A stretch of 64,000 bases of DNA from the IMG/VR virus record IMGVR_UViG_3300027973_000053, positions 5,329 to 69,328 of that record; one strand, given 5' to 3'. Of the stretch, positions 48,286 through 58,092 are shown piece after piece (the stretch's first letter is position 1; the number at the start of each line of letters is the position of its first letter). Both the position numbers and the translations under genes were made by a program. The notes beneath the pieces are model-generated. The model saw only the letters and a list, made by a program, of their open reading frames with translations. It was not told where the DNA came from and did no database searches. This DNA is from a virus.

Positions 48286-48543
48286 CTAAAATATTGTATG
48301 ATACCATCTTCCTTTTCCGCAATTTTTGCAAGCATCGCCTGTTAAATTTAAAGGTTCATAACCAATGCAGGGTCTTGTGCCTGTTGTTACACCTGTCTTT
48401 ATTTCATAAGAAGGCGGATGCCCTGTAAGTTCGTTTATTATTCTTGCACCCTTGCAAGTGGGGCAACCCCTTTGCATACCCCCTTCGGATTGCCTAACAT
48501 CTTCTCCTATTCCATTACATACCGGACATTTTTGCCAAGACAT
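48286..48543 (-). CDS. DnaJ-type zinc-finger small protein
   Basis: CPVCNGIG and CPTCKGA motifs. Confidence 0.7.
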   Translation of the reverse strand: MSWQKCPVCNGIGEDVRQSEGGMQRGCPTCKGARIINELTGHPPSYEIKTGVTTGTRPCIGYEPLNLTGDACKNCGKGRWYHTIF

Positions 48544-48561
48544 ATTTTTTAATTTAAAGGT

Positions 48562-49329
48562 TTATGGTCTTTCCTTAACCCATTCTTCCATAAATTTTGG
48601 ATGGGTTACTGAAATTGGTTTCAAATCTTTTTCTGGGTCAAACCACAAGTCGGGATTAAATACCTCGCACTCGTCTAGTTTTTTATCATAATCAATCATC
48701 CCAAACACTCCCTGCTGCATATTGATTATTTTGGATTTCATTACTTCCTTTTTCCTTACAAATCCATAGTGTACTATTACTATGTTTTCGTTTAGTTCGG
48801 GTTGTGCATTGGTAGTTGTCATTAGGCTTTCTGCATCATCATAGGCACGATAATTAGCCTTTGCCAATCTCAATACTATATTACTGCAAGGAAGTATATT
48901 CTGCGGCACATTCAGTTCGTGGTTAGGTGTTTTCCATAAGTTAACCCTTCTTATTAGGCAACTATCTTTACCCGATTCTACAAACTTTCTTATTTCTGCA
49001 TAGCTATCTTCGTGAACAACTTCGTCTGCTTGTACCGATAGAACGTAAGAAAATCCTAGTCGGTCTGCGTGTTGTATAGCTATGTTTGTGATGTAGGAAA
49101 GGCGGTGCTTGTCGGTGTAAAAGTTCCAATCGGTTTCGTCAAGGTTGATTACTATAAGCGGTGTTCCGTTGTATTTCGTAGCCATTAATCTTTCTAAAGT
49201 ATTATCTTCACTTTCTACATAAGCAACTATTACAACATCACAAACAGCCAACAAAGACTTGATTGATTCCTCAAAACAATAATCGTATTTTACTGCGTTT
49301 TTTAGTATTGATATTCCTGCTAGTTTCAT
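48562..49329 (-). CDS. GT2-like glycosyltransferase
   Basis: ESIKSLLAVCD...SEDNTLE, VQADE, IVHYGFV. Confidence 0.85.
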   Translation of the reverse strand: MKLAGISILKNAVKYDYCFEESIKSLLAVCDVVIVAYVESEDNTLERLMATKYNGTPLIVINLDETDWNFYTDKHRLSYITNIAIQHADRLGFSYVLSVQADEVVHEDSYAEIRKFVESGKDSCLIRRVNLWKTPNHELNVPQNILPCSNIVLRLAKANYRAYDDAESLMTTTNAQPELNENIVIVHYGFVRKKEVMKSKIINMQQGVFGMIDYDKKLDECEVFNPDLWFDPEKDLKPISVTHPKFMEEWVKERP

Positions 49330-49332
49330 AAA

Positions 49333-49671
49333 TTATTTTTTAGAATAAAGCCAATTTATAATTTCAATCAGAGATAAGTATTCGGCTTCTTCGTATGACA
49401 CTCCCACCCCTGCATGAGTGTTGTTTTCATCCATTAAGACACTATAAAGAAAAACAAGATTGTTGCTAAATCCTGCATTTTGGGCATTATGTTGCGGACT
49501 GACATCGCAAAAAATATTGTATGAATCTCTAAACCATTTAAAAACTAAAGATTTTTCTATTGTTATTTCTTTGCTATCAAACGGAAGTTCATCTAATTCC
49601 TCAAATGACTTTTCGCTATGTTTTTTATACCCTAATTTTTCTAATTCACTAAATAATGGCATTGTGTTCAT
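49333..49671 (-). CDS. hypothetical phage protein, paralogue of the segment at 53792-54145
   Basis: VFKWFRDSY...SYEEAE versus AFRFFREKY...THEEAE. Confidence 0.7.
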   Translation of the reverse strand: MNTMPLFSELEKLGYKKHSEKSFEELDELPFDSKEITIEKSLVFKWFRDSYNIFCDVSPQHNAQNAGFSNNLVFLYSVLMDENNTHAGVGVSYEEAEYLSLIEIINWLYSKK

Positions 49672-49684
49672 GTTGTTTATAATT

Positions 49685-50203
49685 TTAATTTATGTAAGCA
49701 AATATTGCACCCTTATTTAATTCGGGATGAAAGTTTGGAAATATTATGCACGAATAACCCATTTTTTCAAAGTCCGTTTCAGTCCATCCACTTTTATGAG
49801 TATCCGGGTGGATAGAGTTTTCATCAACCATACAATCTCCATAGGGCGTAAATATTACTGATGATTTTGATTTTTGTTTAATCAGTTCAAGCAAACAAAG
49901 CCCATCTTCTTTGTTAAAATGCTCAATGCCATCCGAACAAATTATAGTATCAAAGTTTCCGCATCTTTCCAAGAATTTTATTGCATCTGCTTGAATAAAC
50001 AAATCGTTATCTCTCAATCCAAAATCAAGTCCACGATATTGTATATCAACAAAGGTTATGCTTTTAAATCCTAGCATTGGGGTATGCGGGGCTCTATGGC
50101 ACATCAAATCAAGCAAAGTGTTTTTTGGCTCTTTTGCCAATATTTCTTTTACCATTTCAACCCATAAAGCCCCACTACCATTATCGTTTTTGTAACTTAC
50201 CAT
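49685..50203 (-). CDS. class I SAM-dependent methyltransferase-like protein
   Basis: TLLDLMC, FVDI, ADAIKF, FDTIICSDGIEHF, IFTP. Confidence 0.75.
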   Translation of the reverse strand: MVSYKNDNGSGALWVEMVKEILAKEPKNTLLDLMCHRAPHTPMLGFKSITFVDIQYRGLDFGLRDNDLFIQADAIKFLERCGNFDTIICSDGIEHFNKEDGLCLLELIKQKSKSSVIFTPYGDCMVDENSIHPDTHKSGWTETDFEKMGYSCIIFPNFHPELNKGAIFAYIN

Positions 50204-50871
50204 TATTTGCTTTTTGATTTTTTCTTTTTTTCGCTTTTCTTCAACAAGGCTACATAAAAACCGTTCCACCAACTATCATTATCGTGGCTGCCTTTTGAAG
50301 CCATGTACTGCTCAAACAAAATAATGTACCCAGCATCTTCAATACCTTTTCTTGTTCCTTGTTGAACTTCATCCCAATCAAAATCATCGCAAAGGAAAAT
50401 AAATTCATCTGCAAGATTATCTTTAAAATAAGTTAGTGCTTTTCTTTGATATTCTTCGGAATGGTCGCCATCGTAAAGGTAAATATCAATATCTTTTGGC
50501 AATAAACTTAAATCTACTTGAAAGGAATCGCTAACAATAAGAGTAAAGTTTGATTCGGGAGATTTTAGTTTGTTAGCCCAATGGATAAATTGCGGTTGTG
50601 CTTTGTCGTTTTCGTTTCCCTTGTCTGATTCAAATGAATCAACTGCAAAAATTTCTTTAAGATTAGAATTATTTGATACGGAAGCCGTAAATGTTCCCCC
50701 TTTGTGAACACCAACCTCTAAATATTGTGTTCCTAATTTCCCAATGCTGTTTAGCAAATGCCTAATCCTTAAACTTGTCAAAGCAGGAACTTCGTATTGC
50801 TCGTTTGGCAAATCTGATTTTAGTTGGTCTGCGTTTTCAATAGCCAATTTTAGTGCTGTAATTTTATCCAT
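50203..50871 (-). CDS. SAM-dependent methyltransferase (Methyltransf_24-like)
   Basis: YLEVGVHKGGT, AVDSF, LYDGDHSEE, LCDD. Confidence 0.85.
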   Translation of the reverse strand: MDKITALKLAIENADQLKSDLPNEQYEVPALTSLRIRHLLNSIGKLGTQYLEVGVHKGGTFTASVSNNSNLKEIFAVDSFESDKGNENDKAQPQFIHWANKLKSPESNFTLIVSDSFQVDLSLLPKDIDIYLYDGDHSEEYQRKALTYFKDNLADEFIFLCDDFDWDEVQQGTRKGIEDAGYIILFEQYMASKGSHDNDSWWNGFYVALLKKSEKKKKSKSK

Positions 50872-52318
50872 TTTGATTGTTTTTAATGCCAAATTTACTT
50901 AAAATAATTTCCGCATCCAAATAATATGCTTCAAATCTTGAACAAGGTGGATTTTCTTTATCAACATAACATTCCATGCCCTCACAACCTATTGTTTCGT
51001 GCCAGCAAAGCGGCTTATCGCATATTTTTGTTTGGTTTGGTCTATCATAAAACCAATTTAACCATAACATATTTCTCATATCGGGATGAATTACCCTTAA
51101 ATCTACACTACCCGAAAATATAACTGATGGAATACCAAATGCTTGTGCAATATGTGAAATACCCGAATCTATGCCTATGAAAAGGTCAGCCCCGGCAACC
51201 ACATTCATTAAAAATTGCAAGTTTGTTGTTTGTATAAAGTCTGCACCCTCTATTGGTTTTCCGTTTATGCCTACTTGAAGTACGACATATCCCATTTTCC
51301 TAAATTGTAATGCTACTGAATCAAATGAAAAATCATTAATGTTTCGGTAGGGCTGTGCCCTTGTGTCGTTATGTATTATAACATATTTTTTAAATATTCT
51401 ATGTTCTTTAAAATCAAATTGAAAGTAAAGGTTGGGCTTCTTTATTACTCCGTCTTTTACTCCGGCAAATTCATAATACGTTTTTAGGTGAAGTTCTTTT
51501 GGTTTGGATTCATAAGACATATCCAAGTTATAATACTCGTGCGTTATTCTTCCATAATCAAATTCTTCGTATGGAATAATAGGGTATTTGTGTTGAGCAA
51601 ATAAAGCATAAAATTGTGGTGTAGTTTTTAGCACTACTCTGTATCCCTTGTTGTAAAAGTGTTCAAGTACAGGTTCTACCCCAATAACATCACCCATAGC
51701 ACCCATCCTTTGTATTACTACTGTTGGCTTGTATGGTTTATGGTGGTATCCATGAAATCCAAATGTTTTTCTTCTTGGTTCTTGTAGTTCAAATGAAAAT
51801 CTTTCTGCTATGTAGTCAGCAGCCCATACAAGTCCGTATTTTTGTTCAAGGTATCTGCGATAAATTCTACAAATAGAAACATCTTCGGGTGTTAATACTG
51901 AAATTGTTTCATCTGTTGCTATATCAATAAGCAATTTTTTTGACCGCCACGAAAAACCTCCGTTTCCATTGTTTAATTGGTCTTTTTCAAGCCACAATGC
52001 ACCGCAGTAATCGTACAGGTATAAATCTTTTGGAAACAAATCTCCATTTAATACATATCCATCGTGTTGAATAACCAATACAAAATCGGTGTTTATGTAC
52101 TTGTATAGCTGCTTAATCATAAAGCGACTATAATCATCTACCGAATTTATGTTATCTACTTTTATTGTTGTTACTCCCTCTAATTCAATATCAGCGTTTG
52201 TAAAAAATAAACATTCATCCGGTTCAACCTCCATCAATGTTTTTCTTAAAGCTATAACCGATTCGCCTACGTTGTAAGTATCAACGCATACTATTGTTAC
52301 ATTATCTAGTTTTTGCAT
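50864..52318 (-). CDS. two-domain glycosyltransferase (DUF5672-like GT-A plus GT9-like GT-B)
   Basis: IQHDGYV, YDYCGA, GNGGFSWRS, PEDV, FGFHG; then GAMGDVI and FIGIDSGISHIAQAFGIP. Confidence 0.85.
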   Translation of the reverse strand: MQKLDNVTIVCVDTYNVGESVIALRKTLMEVEPDECLFFTNADIELEGVTTIKVDNINSVDDYSRFMIKQLYKYINTDFVLVIQHDGYVLNGDLFPKDLYLYDYCGALWLEKDQLNNGNGGFSWRSKKLLIDIATDETISVLTPEDVSICRIYRRYLEQKYGLVWAADYIAERFSFELQEPRRKTFGFHGYHHKPYKPTVVIQRMGAMGDVIGVEPVLEHFYNKGYRVVLKTTPQFYALFAQHKYPIIPYEEFDYGRITHEYYNLDMSYESKPKELHLKTYYEFAGVKDGVIKKPNLYFQFDFKEHRIFKKYVIIHNDTRAQPYRNINDFSFDSVALQFRKMGYVVLQVGINGKPIEGADFIQTTNLQFLMNVVAGADLFIGIDSGISHIAQAFGIPSVIFSGSVDLRVIHPDMRNMLWLNWFYDRPNQTKICDKPLCWHETIGCEGMECYVDKENPPCSRFEAYYLDAEIILSKFGIKNNQNG

Positions 52319-52796
52319 ATTCTTTAAAGTTTATTCCAATACCTAATGAAAATTTGTTTACGTTGTCAAATGAAGAAAGTATTTGTATTTTTTTTATGTT
52401 GTAAGCAACATTTAATCCATATAGTAGGTACGTTCCTCCATTCCTTGTTACATACCACTTTTCTCCGTTTGTTTCTCCGTTGTAGTAAATACTTTTCGCT
52501 GCCATTCCACATTTTACCGAAAAAACAAAATCATTTAGCAATCTTCCATAAGTTACGTAAATAGTTCCGTTATAATTATAAACAACTTCTTTTGCAAAGG
52601 CTGGGTTGTAAAAATTTGTATAATCTATTCCTACTGCACCTTTGTTGAAAAAAGTTGTAATCCCAATTCCATATACACCGGAATTTCTTTTTTTAGTAAG
52701 TTGAACACCCAAAGACTTTCCGTAATAAACGGAAGCGGTATATTGTGAATAGCAAGAAGAAGCTATAAACAAAAAAATAAATAGGCTATATTTCAT
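52302..52796 (-). CDS. exported outer-membrane beta-barrel-like protein
   Basis: Signal peptide ending CYS|Q; alternating amphipathic strands; FSLGIGINF near C-terminus. Confidence 0.6.
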   Translation of the reverse strand: MKYSLFIFLFIASSCYSQYTASVYYGKSLGVQLTKKRNSGVYGIGITTFFNKGAVGIDYTNFYNPAFAKEVVYNYNGTIYVTYGRLLNDFVFSVKCGMAAKSIYYNGETNGEKWYVTRNGGTYLLYGLNVAYNIKKIQILSSFDNVNKFSLGIGINFKEYAKTR

Positions 52797-53064
52797 AGTT
52801 GTAATTTTGAGCAAACCAATTTTCATTGATTGTAAGTTTTGGATAATTTTTTCTTAATACCTCACATTCGTTTTTCCACCAATCAATATGTTTTGCATAA
52901 ACAAATTTGTAATATTCTAAGTCATTAATTTCATTTACTACATAAGCAATAAAAGAAGAATTAACTGCCGAAAGTCTATCAAATGCTTTTGTTGCGGCTT
53001 TTGTAAACTCTCTTTTTTGACTTCTGTTTACCATTGATGGATATAAAATAGCATCATTTGTCAT
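52786..53064 (-). CDS. hypothetical protein
   Basis: 92-aa ORF. Confidence 0.7.
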   Translation of the reverse strand: MTNDAILYPSMVNRSQKREFTKAATKAFDRLSAVNSSFIAYVVNEINDLEYYKFVYAKHIDWWKNECEVLRKNYPKLTINENWFAQNYNYEI

Positions 53065-53077
53065 TTCTTAATTTTTT

Positions 53078-53386
53078 TTACACCAGAGATATGCTGCTTA
53101 CTCTAATGTGTATTTGTGCTTGAATGTTTTTATCTTCTCCGGTATATGTTTTTGCTTCGGGTTTTCCCTCTATATAAATTGTAGTTCCTTTTTTCATATA
53201 ATTTGCAATATTTGTTTTTTCAGTCCACCATGCACAATAAAGCCATGTTGTTTTTTGCTGCTCTACTCCTTCTGCATTTTTATACTTTTCAGTATGTGCA
53301 GCACTAAAGTTAATTACTGACTTTCCATTTACTTGATTAACTGTTGCATCTTTTCCAAGATTTGCGATTGTTTCAATTTTTAACAT
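53078..53386 (-). CDS. ssb: single-stranded DNA-binding protein (no acidic tail)
   Basis: ANLGKDA, NFSAA, TTW, YMKKGTTIYIEGK OB-fold. Confidence 0.9.
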   Translation of the reverse strand: MLKIETIANLGKDATVNQVNGKSVINFSAAHTEKYKNAEGVEQQKTTWLYCAWWTEKTNIANYMKKGTTIYIEGKPEAKTYTGEDKNIQAQIHIRVSSISLV

Positions 53387-54436
53387 TGTTTGGGTTTTTA
53401 TTAATTAATGATTCGTATTCCTGAATTGCTTTGAATATCGGCAGAACCACTTGGGGTACTATTGCGTTACCGGCTGCTTTTATTGATTCGTTTCTCCATT
53501 TAGAAAAGGTAATTCCGTCCAGTTGGGAGGAAAGCCCATCATTTCGAGTACAAATTGGGGATTGAGATGGGAAGTTTTCCCAATAGGTTGTTTTGTTATC
53601 CCATGAATTTGATTTACTAAGCTGCTGCCCATTTGTAATTTTGGATTTGTTCTCGTACACCCCCCATTCTTGTCCGATGCCGTTGGTGTGTTTAAAAGAC
53701 CTTTCTCTACTTCCCTCAATATTACTCCTGCAAGGTTGTTGCGATTTATTTGGCTTGGAGGTATCGTACTGTTCTTGTATTCTTGTAGGTGTTTTACGAT
53801 TTCAATTAATTTTCTTAAACATCCTAGTTCTGCTTCTTCGTGAGTATCTTTTGGTTCATAAGGAATAATGTCAACTATAAACCCATCTTTAAGTGTGTTT
53901 GGTATTGTTCTTCCATTACCGATGTAAACCGTTTTACCATTATCTAGTGTTTTACAACCAACCCAAGTGTGTAACCCATACTTCTCCCTAAAGAACCGAA
54001 ATGCTTGGGAATAGGTAGGTACTGAACATATTACCCCATAATTTTTGCTTGTTTTATCATTTTCAATGTACTTCGAATAACAAAATTCATCAAATCCAAG
54101 TTCTTTGAGGTCTAATGCTTCTTGAAATGGTGTAAAATCTTTCATGTTATTTGTTTTTATGTTGTTCAAACCAAAATTTGTTCCAGTAATTCTCATCTTC
54201 TTTTCCTTTTCGCTTTCCGGCTGATGAGTAGGGTTGGCATGGAAATCCACCTGTGAGGATGTCAATTTTTCCTCGGTGAATAGTAAAGTCTGTTTTAGTG
54301 ATGTCATTGTATTGTATTGATGTAATACTTTTTGTCCAAACTCGTTCCATTCACAATGAAAAATATTTTCCCATCCCATCCATTGTGCTGCTAAGTCAAA
54401 ACCTCCTATTCCGCTAAATAAAGAACCATGTGTCAT
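53373..54436 (-). pseudogene. disrupted C5 DNA cytosine methyltransferase with foreign insert
   Basis: Motif I (SLFSGIGG), IV (GGFPCQ), IX (LNPQFVLEMMGFP) and X (GNAIVP) spread over different frames; motifs VI-VIII not found. Confidence 0.8.
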
Positions 54437-54448
54437 AAAATAATTTAA

Positions 54449-56278
54449 TTAAAAATAAGTAAAATCATTTGATTCTTCAACTATTTCTTCTTGTTGTCCA
54501 AAATTAATATTTTTATTTCTTAGTAGGACTGCAATAGGGTCTATTCCATTGAATAAAAATCTTCTTGTTTTGAAAAACATTTCAAATAGTATAAAGCCCT
54601 TTTTCCCTACTATCTTTTGTCTGCGTATCTTTTTAGTGTGAAATTCACAAGATGGGTTTTGTGGGTCTGTTTGGGCTAATCCTCGGTGGTATATTAATAT
54701 GTTATCCATTTTATTGTTCCACATAGCACCATCATTTAAATCAAATACATCAGGGCAAGGGTAGTTTCCATTATTAGCTTTTACCATTAATTTAGGGTGG
54801 GCTATTATCCAAAAGAAAACATTGTTAGTTTGTGCAAATCTGCTAAATAAAGATAACACCCACTCTAGGTACTTATCGGTTCTTTGAAAGTTTTTATATT
54901 CGTTGGTAAGTTGGTTGAATGGGTCTATATCGCAACCGTCTATATTTTCCTTTATTATTAGTTCAAGAAAAACTTCCATTACATATTGTGGTGTAGGGCT
55001 TACATCTTTTGGATATACATAGAATATGTGTTTGCATACAAGGTCATATACTCCTTCGTAAACTTCTCTTGAAGGTCTGTTTGGATTACTTGGGCTACAA
55101 TCGCATCCTAATATAATCTCTACAAAATCGTGGTAGTATTCTTCGGGTGGGTTATCTTCGGGTGCAAAGGAAGCAAACTTTTCTCCATGTAGTAACATTC
55201 GCATAGCTTGATACCATTTCTTAAAAGTTGACTTACCATAATTTCCGATTCCAGATAGCAAAGTTATTTCACCTCTCTTTGGTTTAAACCTTTCATCTAA
55301 TTCGGGTATGCCTACTCCATCAATCTTTGCATAACCTTCATCGTATATTTTTAATGCTTGTTCTTTTACATCAATACCATAAACAACATCTTTCAGTTTT
55401 AGTCCTTCATCAAATATTGTTTGGTCAACAGGTATTTCTTTTCTTGTTACTTTGTCCACTAAAACTTCTCTATCAAAAGAAGCTGAACCATATAATGAAT
55501 TATTTGATTTGTATGCTGACTTGATTGCCCTTTGTGCTTCGTTTCTTGTAAAATCAGAATTGCTTACAAACTCTGATTCAATCATACTTGTTGCGGAATG
55601 TAAATCTATTCCGAACCTGCAACAAGCAGAAGCTAACTTGAAAATAAAATTATTTCTTTCCCCTGTAACAAACGCTTCGTTTTTATTTGTTAGCCAAGTA
55701 AGTATTCTTTTGAAGATTACATCTTGCTCTGCTGTTTTTACATAGGTTGGTATTTTTTCGGTCTTTTTTGTTTTGGTAAAAACACTCGCTTCCTTGTTTA
55801 TGTAAATTTCACTATCAAAAGATTCATAGCATACCCTAGATGGGTTTATTCCGCTTTTGTCTATGTCTATAAATTCTTCTTGCAGTGCTTGGAAATGTTC
55901 CCGGTGTTTTTTTGGGCTGGATATTTTTACAAGTGCTTTTAACCCATTTCCGGAAGGAGATACCCAACAAGCATATACAAATGGCTTAGAAATTATATCG
56001 GTTTGCTTATCCCTTAACTCACTTACATTATCAAAATCAAGTACAATATATCCCGAATGTTCTATAAGCTGTTCATCTGTTCTATCCTTTCCAAACTTTC
56101 CCGAAAAGCAAACGGAGGGTAAATTAAGTTTAATTTTGTTCGCTTTTTCCTTGTCTAAAGTACCCCTAATTTCCTCTACTATTTTTCTGCTTTTACCCGA
56201 TTTAATTCTTTCTAAAGCATCGTCAACGGAAACATAAAATGGCTCTTTTGAGAAAATGTTTTTAAAAATCGTAACCAT
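54449..56278 (-). CDS. primase-helicase (VirE_N/BT4734-like + PriCT + SF4 helicase)
   Basis: HSGYIVLDFD, VSPSGNGLKA, GERNNFIF, Walker A GIGNYGKST, DIDPFN, IIAHP. Confidence 0.9.
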   Translation of the reverse strand: MVTIFKNIFSKEPFYVSVDDALERIKSGKSRKIVEEIRGTLDKEKANKIKLNLPSVCFSGKFGKDRTDEQLIEHSGYIVLDFDNVSELRDKQTDIISKPFVYACWVSPSGNGLKALVKISSPKKHREHFQALQEEFIDIDKSGINPSRVCYESFDSEIYINKEASVFTKTKKTEKIPTYVKTAEQDVIFKRILTWLTNKNEAFVTGERNNFIFKLASACCRFGIDLHSATSMIESEFVSNSDFTRNEAQRAIKSAYKSNNSLYGSASFDREVLVDKVTRKEIPVDQTIFDEGLKLKDVVYGIDVKEQALKIYDEGYAKIDGVGIPELDERFKPKRGEITLLSGIGNYGKSTFKKWYQAMRMLLHGEKFASFAPEDNPPEEYYHDFVEIILGCDCSPSNPNRPSREVYEGVYDLVCKHIFYVYPKDVSPTPQYVMEVFLELIIKENIDGCDIDPFNQLTNEYKNFQRTDKYLEWVLSLFSRFAQTNNVFFWIIAHPKLMVKANNGNYPCPDVFDLNDGAMWNNKMDNILIYHRGLAQTDPQNPSCEFHTKKIRRQKIVGKKGFILFEMFFKTRRFLFNGIDPIAVLLRNKNINFGQQEEIVEESNDFTYF

Positions 56279-56409
56279 AACTTGATATTAATAATTTATT
56301 TACTATTTATTTTAAGGCTTAAATTTCGGTTCTTTTTTGGTGGGTGGTACGTTTATACCATTTTACCATTTGAATTGAAATTTACCCCTACTTATGGGGG
56401 TATTTCGGG

Positions 56410-57192
56410 CTATTCTTCGGCATATTGCGTTGGAACAAAATTGTTTCTTGCGATTTCTAACTCTTTTTCGATGTTTCTCGGAACGTACTCGGAGGGGGTG
56501 AAGTTCGCCCTTGCTTCCTCCAAACCTTTTTCCAAAATTTGTTTTTGGGGTGCTGCCATCGGTTTCAAAAATGGGATTGTGTTTTTAATTTTTGCTTTCC
56601 AATTTTTTATCGGCTTGTTGTGTCCATCCTTCCATCCGTTTTCCTGCCAAGTTTCAATTTTTGATTTCACCGAATATTCAAATTTTGAAAATTCGTGTCC
56701 AAGTTTTTCAATTTCAGTTTTGGCAAAATTTAGCATTTCTGAAATTTCGGGCATTTGTATTTTTTTAACTTTACTATTTGTAAGAATACTTTCTTTTTCT
56801 ATTACATTTTCATTTTCATTTACATCTTCCATATGCTTATCCATATGAGTATCCATATGCTTAGCATATGCTTCGGTGTTTTTTTTCTTACTTTTTTCAA
56901 CCAAACCGTTACTGCGTCTGCTTTCTGTGTATTTACTTCTTCTTTCTTTCTCTTTCTCTAATCTTGCATTTAAGTAATATTTACCATCAAATTCAAATTT
57001 TTCTAAAACATTTGTGCAAACATTGTCAAAGCATACGCCAAGCATATGCTTAGCTTGTGCTTCTGTAAATTTACCCCTAGCAAACTGCAACATTAATAGT
57101 TCTATGTACGCACCTTTTTCTAATAAAGTGAAGTGCATAGTACCTAACTGCCAATCACCCGGATAAAACAAAAAAGCAGGGTCTTTTGCCAT
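56410..57192 (-). CDS. phage replication initiator (DUF1376-like N-terminus)
   Basis: PAFLFYPGDW...EKGAYIELL; internal iteron repeats; GWKD..NKPIKNWKA C-domain. Confidence 0.85.
   Translation of the reverse strand: MAKDPAFLFYPGDWQLGTMHFTLLEKGAYIELLMLQFARGKFTEAQAKHMLGVCFDNVCTNVLEKFEFDGKYYLNARLEKEKERRSKYTESRRSNGLVEKSKKKNTEAYAKHMDTHMDKHMEDVNENENVIEKESILTNSKVKKIQMPEISEMLNFAKTEIEKLGHEFSKFEYSVKSKIETWQENGWKDGHNKPIKNWKAKIKNTIPFLKPMAAPQKQILEKGLEEARANFTPSEYVPRNIEKELEIARNNFVPTQYAEE
56830..56873. repeat. iteron-like repeats (four CATATG cores), putative origin
   Basis: Cores at 56830, 56842, 56854 and 56865 inside initiator gene, next to AT-rich tract. Confidence 0.75.
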
Positions 57193-57202
57193 AAATAATT
57201 AA

Positions 57203-57409
57203 TTATTTAATTTTTAAACTAATATCCAAAACCTCGCTTATTTTTTCTAAATTTGATTCGGAAAGTAAACATACCTTTTGAACCAAAGAAGAATATAATG
57301 TTCCATAAGGAATATCTGTTTTACGAGAAAGCCAAGACATTCTCCTTTCCATTTCATCCAGCCTTTTTAAAATCTTTTGAGAAATTTCATCTCTTTTTTT
57401 GTTGCTCAT
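57203..57409 (-). CDS. Cro/XRE-like HTH regulator
   Basis: MSWLSRKTDIPYGTLYS...LEKISEVL; first gene of leftward operon. Confidence 0.75.
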   Translation of the reverse strand: MSNKKRDEISQKILKRLDEMERRMSWLSRKTDIPYGTLYSSLVQKVCLLSESNLEKISEVLDISLKIK

Positions 57410-57512
57410 AATTAATCGTTTTTGACAAAGTAAAGTATATTAGTCCATTTGAAAAAATAAAGTTTTATAAATATTTTTTTGTTTCGGAAATTTAATTTAA
57501 CTTTGGATTCTT
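57410..57512. promoter_or_regulatory. divergent promoter region
   Basis: TAACTTTG near 57498-57505 on + strand; TTACTTTG near-match on - strand. Confidence 0.65.
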
Positions 57513-58061
57513 ATGGCAAATTCAACTTTTATAAGGAAGAAAAAAATATGTATTTCATGTTCTGTTCCCAGTTATATTTTTTCTAAGGGAAGGTGTAAGA
57601 GTTGCGCAACAATAGAAGACACTCAAAAAAGAATTTACAAGGTAAAAGATGCAGATGAATTGGAAAGTATGCAGAACCTAATAGAAGATTTAGATTATGT
57701 TTTCTCGCAATACATAAGGATTAAATACGCAAATAAAGACGGTATTGTTAGATGTTTTACTTCGGGAAAAGATTTTCATTGGCAACAAATACAATGCGGT
57801 CATTTTATATCAAGAAAGAATTTATCTACTCGGTGGTTAGAAGCTAATTGCAGACCACAATCGGAACACGACAACTGCTTATTAAGTGGTAATTTAGAAG
57901 TGTTTGAAAAGAACTTAGAAGAAGAAAAGAAAGGTAGTGCAGAGTATTTAAGAGAACTATCAAGAGAAATAAATAAACCTACTATAAGTGAGCTTAAAGA
58001 ATTGATTATTGAATATAGGTCAAAACTAAATCAAGCAAAAAAGAAGTTTTTGCAGGGATAA
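57513..58061 (+). CDS. ninG: NinG/Rap-like endonuclease
   Basis: LDYVFSQYIR, CFTSG, QCGHFISR, TRW..NCRPQ..HDN. Confidence 0.85.
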   Translation: MANSTFIRKKKICISCSVPSYIFSKGRCKSCATIEDTQKRIYKVKDADELESMQNLIEDLDYVFSQYIRIKYANKDGIVRCFTSGKDFHWQQIQCGHFISRKNLSTRWLEANCRPQSEHDNCLLSGNLEVFEKNLEEEKKGSAEYLRELSREINKPTISELKELIIEYRSKLNQAKKKFLQG

Positions 58062-58092
58062 TCACCAAAAAGTAGGACTAAAAAACAAATAT

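Noticed and set aside
56282-56848. 188-aa hydrophobic + strand ORF
   Set aside because: TTG start, antisense to the initiator, no recognisable motifs
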